Below, piece by piece: positions 1-15,454 of a stretch of DNA of 64,000 nt. The DNA is from Lytechinus pictus (taxonomy: Eukaryota), in contig NC_087251.1 of NCBI RefSeq assembly GCF_037042905.1, positions 12,588,001 to 12,652,000 of the forward strand, read 5' to 3'. The notes under the pieces are model-generated. The model did not search any database. It saw only the letters and a list, made by a program, of their open reading frames with translations, and had not been told where the DNA came from. Every line of letters begins with the position of its first letter. Position 1 is the first letter of the stretch. Position numbers and translations under genes: made by a program.

Positions 1-853
1 TGTCTTCCTCACACTTCCATCATGACATCAAGAAATTTTAAACAGATTTTTTAGAGATCATTGTACATCCATGTCCATGGTCCCATAGTACATTATTGTG
101 AAACTCGCAGAGAAGGCTTTGTATTTACGTGGAAGAAATGTAATATTGTTGAATATGATGTCAAAATCTATCACAAAATTTAGTTTTCCATATCAAAAGG
201 CAAACATTTTTGCTCAGTTGCTTTGCTAACTCACAACTTTTAGAAATGGCCCCTTCACAATTTTTGGCTCAATGTGCCACTAGAAGACAGGCTATTCCTT
301 ACGACCATATAGATGCACAGAAACAGGTCTGGTATCAAATTTGAGGAACACATGATCACAAAGACATATTGAATTTAATTATATATTTTCTTTTGTGTGA
401 ATACCTTGCTTTAGGAGATTCATTAGCAATACAAACAGACAGATTATCAGATAAAAATCAACTTCATCTATCTTTATGATCAGGTTTCCTGAATGAGCGT
501 TCTTCATCAACCTGTCATTATCTTATCGTCTGGTAGTATCTAAAACTAGTCATTTGCTATTGAGAGGTACATAGATCCCTGAAGACTCCTTCTTACATTT
601 AAGATGCAGTGTATTTGTAATGATACATAAACACAAAATATCTAAATCACTTTGAAAAATGCAATGTCATTCTCTTCATTGTATTTGGCTAAGGCTGCAT
701 TCAATAAATTATCTTATTAAGGCTAGAATTGAAAAAATATCATACATCAAAATGTTGTGGCGGAGCATTCAAATGAATCTGACTCGCCTTCATTTTATGA
801 TGTGCCACCATGCATCATACTATGAAGTTTGACCCATTTATATGAATAACTAA

Positions 854-1235
854 TACCCCTTTCATAAACCCAATTATGCTGATAATATCCACATAATTTG
901 GTTGAAAAATCGGAGCGGGACCAGAGTTATCCGCATTATTTCGATGCTGCAATCATCCGCATAATAGCGGCATCGGGACCAGATTTTTACTTTATGAACG
1001 CATTTCCAAAGTAATGCGGATAATTGCCATGGTGCGGTCACAAGGTCACCCTTTTCCAACACAACCCCATCGGAGGGGGTGTGTGCAGTTGCCATGACAA
1101 TTATTCGCCTTTTTCAGGTCGGGCGCTCGTAAAAAATAGTGCGGATTATTTTCGGAGTTTGTGAATGCAGTTTTTATTGAATTATCTGCATTACTCTTAG
1201 GCGGATAATTGGAGGATGGGTTTATGAAAGGGGTC
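854..1235. mobile_element. MITE, PIF/Harbinger (Tourist)-like
   Basis: Perfect 18-bp inverted repeats ACCCCTTTCATAAACCCA (855-872) and TGGGTTTATGAAAGGGGT (1217-1234). TAA flanks both sides (851-853, 1236-1238). The CpG-rich interior has repeated ATCCGCA/TGCGGAT motifs. Confidence 0.85.
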
Positions 1236-4107
1236 TAAGTTTATATATGTCATATGAGGGGCGAAGGGGGAGGAGGGGAAGAAGGGGGGTAACTGGCAAA
1301 ACCTTACACAGGATTTACAGTTTCATTATGTGTAAAGCTTTTTTTTACAAGTTTGTTGAGTGTATTCATATTCAATCACATGCCTTACTGATATGTTATA
1401 AAATTTTGCCATGGCAACATGTATTGTTTCTCAGCATCAATGCACAGAATAAAAAGATGAATGAAGATATCCTTCTATAATAAAAGATGCCATCTCATAA
1501 CTTCCCTCTTGGCAAACCAGACAATGTATTCATTGTCAGGGAATGCGTGTTTCAAATTTACCTCATTGCCAAGATTTCCTCTTGATTCCAATATTCTTAT
1601 CCCTTCATCCATATACTTTCTTCTATTTTTGTTCTATTTATCAGATTTTGCAACATGTTTCTCTTTTCCACTACATCTTCTCTTTTAATTGTTCATTCTT
1701 TTCCGTCTGTAATTAATTCATGATTTATCCTCTTATTCTTCCATCACGTACATCACTTCGACAGCTATACCAAGCTATATTTGTCATCTTTCTTCCACCC
1801 TCTTCTGCACCGTTATTTTTCTCTGTCTCATTTCCATCTTGTTCCCTTCCTTCTATATTGGCTTATTCTCTTTTTTTCTTCTTTATTCTCTTCATTAATT
1901 CATTCCTTCATTTTCAATCCATTTATCATCTTAAATCTCTATCCTGGAGCAGTTTAGCATGGACCTATCCCAGAAACACATCTGACAAATTGGTGCACAT
2001 GAATAGCAATGAATCGAAAATGTGGATGAATTTATTTTGTCAAAAAAGTCACATATTTCATGACATTATGAACTAGACCACAATGAAAGTCTTCAAAAGC
2101 ATCAAAATGATTTTTCTTCCATCTTCCATCAGGCACTATTTACACACTTGCAATTTTAACAATCACAATGAGGACGTGGATTGGGCGCTTCAGCTATTAG
2201 CCATGGACCATCTCCACAATAATAGTGCTCTAATCAAAAGTACGCTACTGCACTGGAACAGACAAAAGCCATTAGTCAAACACAATTACTAAATAAGTCA
2301 TTTTACTGTTCAATCCAGCATTACAGCCTATTACATTACTAAGCTCTTGCCCAGGGCAGGGGCGCTCCTCAACTCAAGCAAACATACAGGCCATTCTACA
2401 GGGGTGCTAAAAGCCACATTTAGATGAAATTATTTCACAAATTGGAACGACTCCGAGCATCTTGCAAGTTGGTTTAATGAGGCAAGAGGACTGAGAATAA
2501 AAGTGAGACATGAAGCATAACTGGTGATGAAATTAGACAGGATTGGTCCGGGATAAATACATTTGTGAGGTTTATTAATGATATTTCTTGCAAGTTACTC
2601 ATGCTAAATCAAACTGCCGATCTCCCAGCCTCAAGCAGGGATGTCTCACATATATAACTAAACTAATTCATTATACTTGCCCAATGAATGCACTATTCCG
2701 AGTAAAAGGATGCCAAAAGAATCAACCCTTTTAAATGCAATTAAATAAAAGGTAGATACCAGATTGCAGGCTTAAGGCAAGACTTGAAACCCAACATATC
2801 AATACTGGTTTCACTTTACGTCTTAAACCCCTGAAAAAAGAGAACCAATCAAGAGACGCAGGTCAAAGACGATAAGTTTAAATGTATATCGCCACAGTAA
2901 CTCAAGCATTCTGTTTTCCTTACATGCTGGTTTTAGCTTACCCACCCCTAAGAATAGGATTGCACTCCCTGTATCTCTCCATTACTCTCAATCAGAGCTA
3001 ATGCTCAAGTGGGGATCAGCTAAATTGAGTGAAGGGATTTCAACCCAGCATTCCTTGTTTTATTTCATGAATGGAAAGGTTCGCCGTAGACCTCAGGAGT
3101 GATTGAAACTGTATAGAATTTAGAAAGTGAAAGAGATGGAGGAAAGGAAAAGGACAAAAATGATGCTTGGGAAGATAAAAGGTTTAGAATGGAGAGAGGA
3201 GGAAAAGCAAAGAGAAGAAAAAGTAGAAAGATAGAAAAGAGAGAAATAAGTAAAGATTTTAAATTCTGAAGTTTTAAAAGGAGGAGAAACAAAAACAAGA
3301 GAAAAAGTGAAAATTTTAAAAGAATTTCAACATTTTGAATTACAATAAGTACGAAGACAGGAGTTTTAATGAAATAATGAATTGGATAACATAATATATA
3401 GTAGGCCCTATTACATGTAGGGAATAGGCCTACATAACAAAGGGACATAATACATAACAAATAATTTTTTTTAATGGGAGTAGATGAATAAAGAACAAAA
3501 TGTCTGTGAAGAAGATGCCATTTACAAGACACAGACATAACAAAATGAACATGTCTCTTCTAATACAAAGTAAAAAGAGAAGAAAAAATGAAAGAGTAAA
3601 TGAAACTTGCGCAATCGTGTGTGAGAGGATGAAAAACGAAGATGAGTTATCCTTGAATTGACAGCATCTCTTTGTTGCGATCCACCACAACTTCAGGGTA
3701 AATGCATCTAGGCTTTTGATATGACATGTGCACGCTTTCATCTCGCTTGATAAAAGCAAGGAGATTCCTTGATAAAAGTACAGGTATAAGGGATGATAAG
3801 TACGGTACAACCAATAAATGAATACACATCTCCTCAGCCTTCCACACATAGAAAGTAAAAGTACTCTCTTGATATTCCCATTATATCACTTTTTTGCTAC
3901 CTTACCAAAATGGTGTTTCTGCACTTTAATTGTTGTAGTTGCATTCACACACAGTGAGAGCAAAATAAAAAGGGATAAAAATAATGATTTTCGAATTTCC
4001 CTATCATGGTTTTGCCTGATATGAAAAAAATAAAAAGATTTTACATTAAGAGGGGAGGGCAAAAACTTTATATATTTATCTTTAAGTAATCCAGAAAAAT
4101 AAATCCC

Positions 4108-4248
4108 GGGCCCATTTCATGAAACTTGTTACATTGATAAATTTGCAATAACATTTAAATGGTAGTGACATCCTTCAATCTGATTGGCAGATTGTTATAC
4201 ACATTATGCAGTTGTTATTAATATGATAAGTCTTCACGAAATGGGACC
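4108..4248. mobile_element. Short degenerate MITE
   Basis: Imperfect TIRs GGGCCCATTTCATGAAACT and AGTCTTCACGAAATGGGACC enclose ~140 bp. The TTTCAT(G/A)AA terminal core is shared with the elements at 854 and 30377. Confidence 0.6.
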
Positions 4249-5512
4249 AAGAACTGTCCATCAGACCCTTCAATTTAATTTTTTAATGTCAGAACACTCT
4301 CATGATCAGCTTTGCTTTGATAATTTTTTGTTGCCTGTATTTGAATATTTAGATAGCCCCCAACTTATCCCCTGGACAAATTTCCTGATACGTGTGCCAA
4401 TGTCTTTGGATCCTATCTGAGGGGCAAGGTCATGATGATCGGAGGGCTCATAAACCAATCGACCTTTTAACCAAGGACTCATATTACATGGTTTATAGTG
4501 TACACATTAATGTTTGGGGATTTGTTTCACTTTACCCACTTTAATAAAATCATATCTCCATCAATATTCATGCTTAGGATCAGGTTAAATGATTCATTTT
4601 GCCAACACATTTGTGCACAGTTTCATGAATAAATGTGTTCACATCTTAAATCTAGCCAAAGAAATCCATCTAGCAAAAAAAAATATCCTGAAAAGAATCT
4701 CAACATTCTTAGTGATTATGTGACTGAAATCTAGTCAAACAAAACAAAAAGCACATAAAAAGAACTTTCCCCTGCCATTCTTTATTGACTATGTAGTTGA
4801 GATTCATCGTTACCAATCACAAGGGAACGCAAGATTGCATGGTGGTGTTGCCATTTTATGCTTCGTTTATACGATAATGATCGACTGAGCGCCGAGCAAT
4901 AAAGTTGGCCTTGGAAAGGATATGAGATACAATGTTACAGAATGTTAAGAACACCCATTTACACCAGGCTACATTCACAGAAGGTGATTGAAAAGCTGAG
5001 AGGTGATTGACAATGAATTCCGGGCCAGACGTGCCATGTTTTTTAATAACGGTATTGCCAATTTGAGTGTCATTCCCACATTCTTCACACGATGTGCATA
5101 CACAAGTAGAGAAGATCTATATCAAGAGAGAACTACGTTTTCAGTCATGACACTTGCAAAGTGCTCAAAATTCTGAATTACTTTTATTAAAAAAATATAT
5201 ATATATATTGGATTCTTTGTGAGCTGAAGGGGTTCTTATGAAGCAAAACCTCCATTCAAGCAACCATCTAGAAAGAATGGTCATCTTTCTAGAAAGAAGA
5301 CTATTTTTTTGTTATTTTTTTACAGTATTAATTCTGAAATTATGATCCACCTTTTGACTGGTAATATCCAGTGAATTTTTCAGTGTAATAAGAGATACAT
5401 GTGGATAAAGCTTGACGGAAGATCAAGGGTTTAAAAAATGAGGGGGAACAGACAATTTACACAATTTATCTATTCCTTTCTGATAAGCAAAAAAATATCT
5501 AATTAAAAATGT

Positions 5513-5791
5513 TCTCATCTCCTTCAGAATCAATTACTAGTCAACCTCAACTTCAACACTAGGGGAAAAAACAGAAGAGATCTTTATAAAATTGCACACA
5601 GACTAATTAAAGCAGTAATTACTAAAATGCTTTGCAATAAGTTTTTAAAAAAATCTCATCCCCTTCAGAATCAATTACTTGTCAACCTCAACTTCAACAC
5701 GAGGGAAAAACTACTAAAAAATAGAAGAGATCTTTATAAAATTAACACACAGACTAATTAAAGCAGTAATTACTAAAATGCTCTGCAATAA
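5513..5791 (+). repeat. Tandem duplication, two copies, ~141-bp period
   Basis: TCTCATC..CCTTCAGAATCAATTACT..GCAATAA occurs at 5513-5640 and again at 5654-5791, with a few substitutions and a short indel. Confidence 0.9.
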
Positions 5792-8700
5792 ATTGAATAC
5801 TAGAAATTTTCCATGCTACAGATAGTGAGAATTTTCAGGAAATAGCATCTCAGAAAAGTTAAGGGGCTTGTTAGCTTTGCCACTCAAAATCATTCTACTA
5901 CCATTCAAATAATTCATTTTCCATGGCAATTCAGTATGAAAGAATAAATATAAAACATTGAAAAAAGAAAACTTTCACAGAAAACATCTTTCCTGTAATG
6001 AAAGTGAACAGAAACATGTAAATACCAAATGAACATTGTTGCTAGAGTGCTGACAAACACGATACACCCTCACAATTGTGGCCTCTCTCATTTAGTATCC
6101 TTTCCATCAAATTACGGCGCCTCGAATCTTTCCCATCCACCATTACGACACTCTATTTAAATAAAAGGGGCCAATTTGGAGATGGTATTCTTCAATGATT
6201 CATTACCTATAAATAATGATAAACCCATTCTAGCACTCTTTACATTGTTACATAAATCATTCATATAAATGACAAAATTAGAATTAAGAACATAAACAGC
6301 ATTGTGCTACCAAAGAAAAAATAATTCATTTGATGAGTCACAAAAAACTAATTGAAAACTTTTAAAAAAAGCATTGCTTAGGAAATTATTAAATGTTTTG
6401 TTCTTGTATTTGAATTACAAAGTTCACCTTCAATTCCATTAAATATCTCTTATCAGACATATAAAATCAATACTCAAATATAGACTATTTGTATACCAAT
6501 GTTAATGAACAGATATTAGTAGTCTATTTCAAGTATTTTGGTTGCATTCATCATGCTTCAAGGACTTGTTTTTAATGGTATTGCACAAAGTTTAATGAAA
6601 AATAATTACCTAATAATCCATTCTTACAATTCACTTTACTCTCATAGATGTGTATAAACGAAATTGAAATTTTGCCATTTTTATTTGTATTACAAATTGC
6701 AAGAGAAAATTAAAAAATAAAAACAGTAGATGCGATACATGATAGAAATGAAAACAGAACATAAGCCAATGACCCTTGCCAGAGCACTAAAAGTACTCTA
6801 CTCCAGCTATGTTTACTATCAAAACAGACATCCCTTCGGGAAAAAAACAGGTTACTTTCATATCTACAGTAGATGAGATCGAAGCTTAAACAGCAAATAG
6901 AATTGTTCACCATGCCCGAAAGAAATAAATGAAAAATGCCAAGCTCAGTTGTAGATGAATTCTACTAGATTTATGCTCGACCTGGGAATATTAAGACTGG
7001 TATGACTAATGCAAGTTGCATTAATATCGATTTGCCTTTTATTTTTCTTTAAATAGTGAGAACTGGGTCGGCCCAGGTGGTTTTGGGGGACGTACATTGT
7101 ACCATAAAATTAGATTAGATTTTACAAAATGACCGCCCTCTGAGACTCGGGTGAAATTGCAGATTTTGTAGGGAATCTAAATAACTGCTCTTTCCATTGC
7201 CAAATGTTAGGAATAGATCATGTTAATATATAAATTAACCCAATTTTACACATTTTCATTTTTTCTGCACCATTTGCAACTCCTTTTTTTTTTTTAATCT
7301 CAACCCACCCCTTTGCTCACAATTGGAGTGTATTTTCTTCTTGAATTTTTACTATAAAACCATTTATGAATTAAAGAATGGGCAGAAAATCCCAAAATAT
7401 GATCTGATTGTAGTTTTGTGATTTATAATCATTTTTTTGTCAGATAAGAATGTTTAAACAGGTTTTACAACAATACTTTTCATGAAATCCAAAAATGAAC
7501 GCAACTTGATATTAAATTTCCTGGAAAACGTTTTCTTTCATGAACCTTAAATACATCAAAAAGTGGATCATGGGGAAACATTCATATCATGAACAAGTGA
7601 TTTGCACTTTAGAATCTAAGTTGATCTATAAAGGTTAACATAAAAGTGCAATGAAGGGGTTCTATAATATTCAGATAATGGATATTTTCTCACCAGTACT
7701 ATGATGGGGAACGGATCCATAACATCCGAAAATAGATTTTGTATCCTGTTGACAGCTAATTTTCCTCGCAGTCGGCCATTCATCAAACGAGGAGCCTCGA
7801 TCTAGAGCATCACCTATGACCTCCTATCACCCATCCCATGACGGTAGTTAGTGATAATTACCGATTGCCATGGCGATGAGGGGCTTGCTTAATGATGCAA
7901 TCCCTGTAGGTGATTTTATGTTTTCTTGTTTTTCTTTGGAGTTAATGGGATGGAAATTAGCCAAGTTGCTCGCTCAATTGCAAGAGAAGAAATATATTAT
8001 AATAGGTTGGTATAAATGAAACAATCAAAAGGTGACATTTATTTTTAGTTCATACATCTAACTGTCTAGAACAATAATCATTACCCATTCTCAAATTTCT
8101 CAATAAATATGAGTATATTATCTAGCCAATCTCTCCAGCTTTGAATTTGAAGTGTCTTCAATTGAGAAAAGAAAATCTCAGTAACAAAAATTTTGTAAAA
8201 ATACCTCCCAATTTTCAAGCCCCCCCCCCCCCAACATTATTGAAAAAAAAGTCCTTCATATACATATTTCAACATTTTGTTGAGTTAACACACATGAAAC
8301 AGTCATATTTCACAATTTCAACAAAATGTAGATGAAATGAAGAAATTAAATAAGGCAGCATATGCATTTCTGTAGTGTTTCAGATTTTATCTTGAACTTT
8401 TCCCCATCCATCTACCTTTTACAATTTTCAATTTAAGTGACATGAAATCAATTTATTGACCTATTAACCTATTTCCTCTAAGAGTTCCATTACATAGAAA
8501 TCAGATGCTACATCAGAACCACAATTGCATCACATCAAATGTTTCCCAACAGTCCAGATACATATACATATACACGTATAAAGCCTTCTCGCGATATCTC
8601 AAACAAGTAACTGTAAATGTACATTGAACTTTACATGTACACCGAGACTATTCTTTGAAGTATTGATTGTATGTACCTGTATAATTTGCAGCTTGATGCT

Positions 8701-8968
8701 TGTACTTTTAATAGGAAATATTTACTTTCAAGAAGCAGACTGAGAGGAAACAAAGTCATCAAAGTATATGTTTTATAGTTGTTTTTGTAAGATATATTTG
8801 CTTTCATTCAAACATCACAGGCAAATGCTTGATGGCCAGTTATTTTGCATTAAACGCATGTCTTAGAAGAGCTGAGGGTTAACAGTTTTTCAAATGACAT
8901 ATGAGAAGAAACGTCATTATAGAGTCTAGGGATTTTTTTGAAGTACACCATCTATGTCTATTCAAAAA

Positions 8969-9280
8969 ATGATGAAGAAGAAGATGATGATGATGACGAT
9001 GATGATGATGGCGATGATGATAATTATGATGATGTTAATGTTGATGATGATAATGATGATGATGATGATGATGATGATGATGGTGATGATGATAATTATG
9101 ATGTTAATGTTGATGATGATGATGATGATGATGATGATAATTATTATGTTGATAATGATGATGATAATGATAGTGATGGTGATAATGATGATGAAGATAA
9201 TGATGATGACGATGATGATAATGATGTTGATTAAGATGAAGTTGATGATGATGATGAATATGACGACGATGATGATGGTG
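8969..9280 (+). repeat. Imperfect (GAT)n microsatellite
   Basis: Long GAT run with variant triplets and a duplicated GATAATTATGAT..GTTAATGTT sub-block. It produces the poly-D, poly-M and poly-H ORFs. Confidence 0.95.
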
Positions 9281-12200
9281 ACTCACGGCATGTGTAAGGT
9301 GCCACATATCTCCTTAATATTCAATTAAAAGGCGCAGTTTCCTCTACCAGAGTAAGCATCTGATTGTCTGACGAAAAATGACTAATGTTCATCATCTTCC
9401 CCCATGTCTACAAATGTGTATAAAATTCTTTCTAATCTTCTTAGATTCAAGTGGTCTGTCAAAGAAGTGCATTAATTCAGTGAACCTGATCAAAACAAAC
9501 ATCTCCAACTCATCGAAGACTATCACCACCATCCCCGCTATCACCACTAGCATCATCACCACCATCACCACTACCGGTGCTTGAGAAAGATGCCATCCTT
9601 AAGAAAAATCTGGAAGATGTAAAGTACAGGAGGGGATGAGTAATCCTGGCCCCCTTCACCCCTCATCCTCTAACACTCTTCAATTATTCTTAGAGATTGA
9701 CCATAGCGACATCCTGACGCCTAGGTATACCCTGCCCCTGGCGTACGAGATGCCAGATATCGGCACTTGTTTATGTGTGTCATGGTTATGCTTTTCCATG
9801 TTATATGAGGATGAATTTTAGAATGTGGAAAATTGAGGAACAGGATTCTTTGCATTATTTACATGTATTTTGTGTAATATCTAATTCATCATTTGGTATC
9901 AAATTTTCTGGAGTAGAACCAAATCATTTCAATTTGTGATGGAGCCTTTTAACTGCATCACGGTATCATTCTTATTCATCCTCCTTCATATCATTCATGC
10001 TACCCATCCTTGGAAGAGATTTCCAAAGATGAAATGGCTACTTCTGTAAGGCTAGGTGGAGAAGGAATTAGGCTGTCTATAATCTAAAGAAAGACAATAT
10101 CTGTGGAACAATACTGTAGAAGTACACAAACCTTCTACTATGAGTGATAAATGTCAGAAATAAATGCTTTGTTGCTCTTCTCCCATGGCAACAGCAGTCT
10201 GATTTGTGCAAACAGATATGAACATCTCAAACTTTGGCTAAACTAAAATCATAATAAAATGAATCTTGTCTCTTGTGAGAATTATTTCCCATACAGTGAT
10301 TTAGCTGGAAGATGGTGTTAAAGATTGTATTAATGTGTTTTTTTACATACAAAACACTTACAATTAACATGCACCCAGAAACATATACAGGAGAATTCGT
10401 GAATCTGGTTAACCCAGTAACATACAGGAAAATCAGTGAATCAAGTAGCACCACTTCCAATCTTTAACAGCATATTAAATTTCACTGCCTAAATAACAGG
10501 GCTCATCACAACCACAAATACTACTTTCATATTTTCCACCTGTGTATTGAATTTCATTGCTGAAATTATACTGGTGAAGTAGCAATTATGGTACTTGAAC
10601 GACTCAAGTGCTTTACCTGATGGATAATGTTACAGTGACACATTCAAAGGTCCAAAACCACAATTACACAAACCAACAAAACCAACTAATTAATAATATG
10701 ATTTTTTTAATTATTTTTTTGCATTCACTACTTATGTCCCCTTCCATAAAATATTATAAGAATAGGCCTACTATCATCTTAAAAAAACCAAGCATGACAA
10801 AATAGTTATTCCTCAATCCACCAAGTGTAATTTCTATTGCTCAAACCAAGGCCATGAGTTGTCACCAAAATGGGAAGGACAAATTGGATTTATTCAAAGG
10901 TAGATGGTCATGACAGAATTGTATTGAATAGAAAAGGGCATGTTTCTATCAGCCCATGATAGTATATTGTATTAGTTTCAGAACTGATCATGATCAGATC
11001 AACTCCATGCCTTAAAAGGGAAGTACACCAAGAAGGTGACATCCAGTTAATTTTTAACTTTAACATTAAAAGAGATATGACGTCATTGTTATTGTTCATG
11101 ATGAAAGAAAAGACTATCTTCGTAAGAATGAATATGAAAAAAAATGCATTCAAAATCAAAGGGATTTACAATAAACACATTTGAAAATAACTTGTATGTG
11201 ATGTCACAAAAATAAATCTTAACACATCACAGCTATCTTATATTAAGATTTTGGCAAAATTTCAGTAATAATTTGTACATTTGTTACCTTTTCTGATCTT
11301 TTAGAAACAACTACAGGTCCAGTAGACTTTACCTTTGACAACCTTGGCTTTGAAGGGGGGGGGATTCTTACTCAAACATGAAGTGCATACTCCGGCTACA
11401 GAGAATCCATACTCTAGATAGACTGTTTTGAATAGTGTGAAATGATCTGGTGTATTGAATAAATTAACCTACGCTGAAACTAAAAGTGAACTTTCATCTA
11501 TTTTTCTGAATAGCCCATCGTTTCATCATTGAAGATTGATTGGAATTGAAACTTTGAAGCCAACGAAAAACTGACTAAATTGTAACATAATTATGAGCTC
11601 GCTCAGGGTAGTCATTATTGGTATGTTTGACACCGATCAGAGCTAGCTTGCTACTTTGGAAACATCGGCTAATGAAAATGGGCCAAATGAGATGGACATC
11701 TCTCATTTCATCACGTTCCATCACCTTGGCCAGGTGAACATGACTGAATTCAATTATATCAATGAAAGAAAATACTACTATCTCTCCTACTCTCTTTCTC
11801 TCTGCCACTGGTTGACTGTCTGTCTTTCTTTCTCTCCCTAACATCACCCTCTTTTTATATCTCTCTCTTTCATTCAATCATATGTAGATATGAACATGTC
11901 ACTTCTTATTCCACAGTAGTTCTTTCTTCAATAGAAATATTTTCTTCCTTCTCTTCTCTTCCCCGCTCTGTCTCTGTCTCTCTCTCTCTATTTATATCCA
12001 TAGAACTCACAGTATTTTTCTTTTCCCAATTTTTCCCCCCTCCCTTTCTATTTCATCTAATACTCACATCGCATTGATATATATAATTGTAGCTGCATGC
12101 TTCATAGTATTCAATAATATGACATTGATTCGATAAACACCTCTTCAGACAAAATAAATGCATTATGAGAGGATTACATTTCTCTCTATCCTTTTCATAT

Positions 12201-15200
12201 TTGCATTCATTTTCACTATCATCTATATGGTTTCATCAAAATGACACTTCAAAATGAACAAAAAACTAATCATCCAAAATCTACACAACAGAGTACTTAT
12301 ACCAAGTATTCAACCATATATGAACTATGTACATATTGGGTGAATGGAGGAACATATTTGCTCTGCGCTTGAAGTGTATGCATATGCTCCTATTCATAAA
12401 ATCATTTGCAGCTATGATCATATATGTCACACAAATATCAATATCATGTGATTTGGGAGCTTATGTTTAATATGGGTATATCAGATTTCATTCAGATCCA
12501 TTTTTGTTCAACAGAAACTCAAGCCTCATTTTGAAAAGTGACAAAATTGAAATCTGAAAGTAAAAGAACCAGTCAAATTGTGTTAAAATATACACATATT
12601 TCTTCGTGTCGGTGCAAGAACGCACTAAGCACCACGCTTTCTTGCACTGACACAAAGCAAGAAAAATTCAATATCAAAGAAATAAGTGATAGTAAAAGCC
12701 AAATTGACTTAAATATATTTTACATAATCTGGCTAAGATATATCACTTCAATCCAAAGGAACATAAAATTTGGACAATGTTAACATGACCTATAACGTGT
12801 GAAGTGAATCAAGTAATAATCCTGTAAAAGTGTCTTTCTACCCTCCCCAAATCCCATGCCACAAGACGAGCTTTTGCAAATCAATAACATATTCTCACGA
12901 TGACTCATCAAAACAAAATATGACTTGGGAAAAATCTGAATGCGCAGCAGGGGGGCCCCTCCATTAATTCAGGGAGAGATGAATATGGTTTCCCTCATTC
13001 TTACTTCAAATTTAGCTTTTCATTTACCAATATTGGTAAGTGGATCTGCATTTTATCCGGGGTTAAACCCATCAATGGAATTCCTGAATTTTGATAGAGG
13101 GTGTGCTCAATATAATTTATCAGTTTTAAACTTGATAAATTAGCCCATCATTTCCAAAATGGAAATGCAGGAAGATTGGGATTGTGCTCTGTATATTGAA
13201 GGATATTCATCCCGGGATTGCTTTGGAGCTGCTGAATGGGATCAATCTTCCAGTTTGAAGGACTTCAACAAAGCACAACAAAACCTTCCCTTTCTTCGTA
13301 TATAAATATTAAAAATCTAAAATGAATGATGACAAGGTGAAAGGTTAATTAAAAAGGGGAAGACAAAGCAAATTACTAATACTACATCATTTTTATTCCA
13401 TATATTTTTCATTTTGGCTGATTACACTGAACAAAAATTCATGCTTGTTGTACTTTGTTTTGCTGTATACATCTATGTAATATCGTACGGAACTCTCATT
13501 TTAAATCACTAACCTCCTTTTTATCGCACCCCACCCCCCCCCCACCCTCTATCACTGTGCCTTTCTCTTTGTCTCCCTGTCTCTCTCTCTCTCGTTCCTT
13601 CTCTCTGTATCACTTCCCTTATAACATTGATATCCTTGCTTGAAAATAGAAGTTAAAAATCTTTTTCTTCTTACCTGATTTGTAAATCACAATGAATAGA
13701 AGGCAGCATCCGGGGCAAATATGAAAGTAAAAAAATAGAGATAACAATTATTAAATACTTTGATTACAAAATTTTAAGTGAAAGCATACAACAAAAAGGG
13801 TGAATAATGTTCATAGATAAATCTTCTTTGATAAAACAAAACTGACAAAATTCAAATTTATTGAATTTATGGTCATGATGTTTCTTCCTTAAGTTTAAAT
13901 GACAGTTCTTCATTCTTCTTTACATCCTTACAAAGTACCTACCCTGAGAGAGGACTATTAGATCTTGAAATAAAGAAATGCTAAGATGGATCGATAGAGC
14001 TCAATAGAGAGATAATGGCAGCAGGGTATGTTATTAACATCTCCTTTTTATTACTAAGTGTAGTGCTCGTTCGCTTGGATAAGCTCAGCTAATGGGTAGT
14101 ATCATGGATGTGACCATGACATTATACACATAACATATATTTCCCTTTGAGACATTGAGAGGCATTAATTCCATACACTTAAGCTCTTTCAGACATAAAA
14201 TTCTTCTTCAACAAATTCATATTCTTCAAATTGGCAAAAATAATGTCAATTTGAAGATCAATCAGATCATTAAAATGGATAGTTATTTTCTCGGGCTATG
14301 TATGTTATATCTTACACCGAACAAGACTTCCCCTTGGGCAAATTTCATGTCTTCAATATAGCATTAATAAAATTTCTCACACCACGGCATCTTTCAAATA
14401 AGATTGGTACGCTTCATGAGACAATGCATACATGTACCGTTTAAACTTGTTCAAATTCAAACTCAATCTTTATTAAAGATAGCAATGACTCTTTTCTTCT
14501 TATCTCAAAATTTTTGCCAATTTAAGGATTTCAACCCTTTTTTTTTGGGGGGGGGGTTCTGAATTACGGATGCATCGCATAAGGTAGAAATGATTATGTG
14601 CAACAATTTTGCACCTTTCACTCAAGCACTATTCATATTTTAGGGTTCTATATAAATTCAAAACCTTTGCAAAAAAGACAATATGTGGAAAGCTTGTTGC
14701 AAAAAGTGCTTGGTAAGTTTACAATCTTGTACTTGGATTTTGTAAAATATTTACTAAGCATTCTTCGCTGCCTGAAGATGATGAATGAGTTAACAGCTCT
14801 CAAGGCTCTCGATGGAAGAACACATTAATATCGACCATCAGAAGGGCGTTTGGAAAGATGTATATCGATCAAGGGTTTAGATGGGTTACTGATGGCTTTC
14901 CTAAAAGGCTTGACTATTCCATGAACCTATCCTACTAAGGAATTAACATACACCCACATAGACAGATCCCTTAACTCTTTAAGAGCCATTGGCAGCTATA
15001 GTTGCCCATAGCCCTCTAGTGCCACTGGCAGCTATAGTTGCCCAAGTAACTTTTTTTTGTTTAACCAATTTTACAGCCAGAAAATCAACACCATATTCTG
15101 TGTTTGTTATGTTGTTATATTGGCAAGGAATTCACAATTGATTTTGTTATATAAAAAATAGTGGTTTACATAGACATTTTTTGAGTAAAATGGCATTTTT

Positions 15201-15454
15201 GCATCATTATTTTGAAGAGTTGATTTCGGATATTGCCGCGATCTGAATCAAGATTTCCCCTATAGACACGTGTGATATAAAGGTTGTGTGTAGCAATACA
15301 CATATTTCTATGGGCAGAGCAAAGGCGAGTGTGCGAAGGCATTCAGCTCAGAATTGACCAATGACAGAGCGGTACGATGTCTCTCACCCAACGCTACTCG
15401 CCCATTCGCTATTGTTTAATGAATATTCATGAGCTATTGATCGGTTCTTTTGCA

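Noticed and set aside
8938..9328. Poly-Asp, poly-Met and poly-His ORFs (likewise 18764-19055 and 56925-57119)
   Set aside because: These are translations of GAT/GGT microsatellites that are open in several frames, with no splice or domain support.
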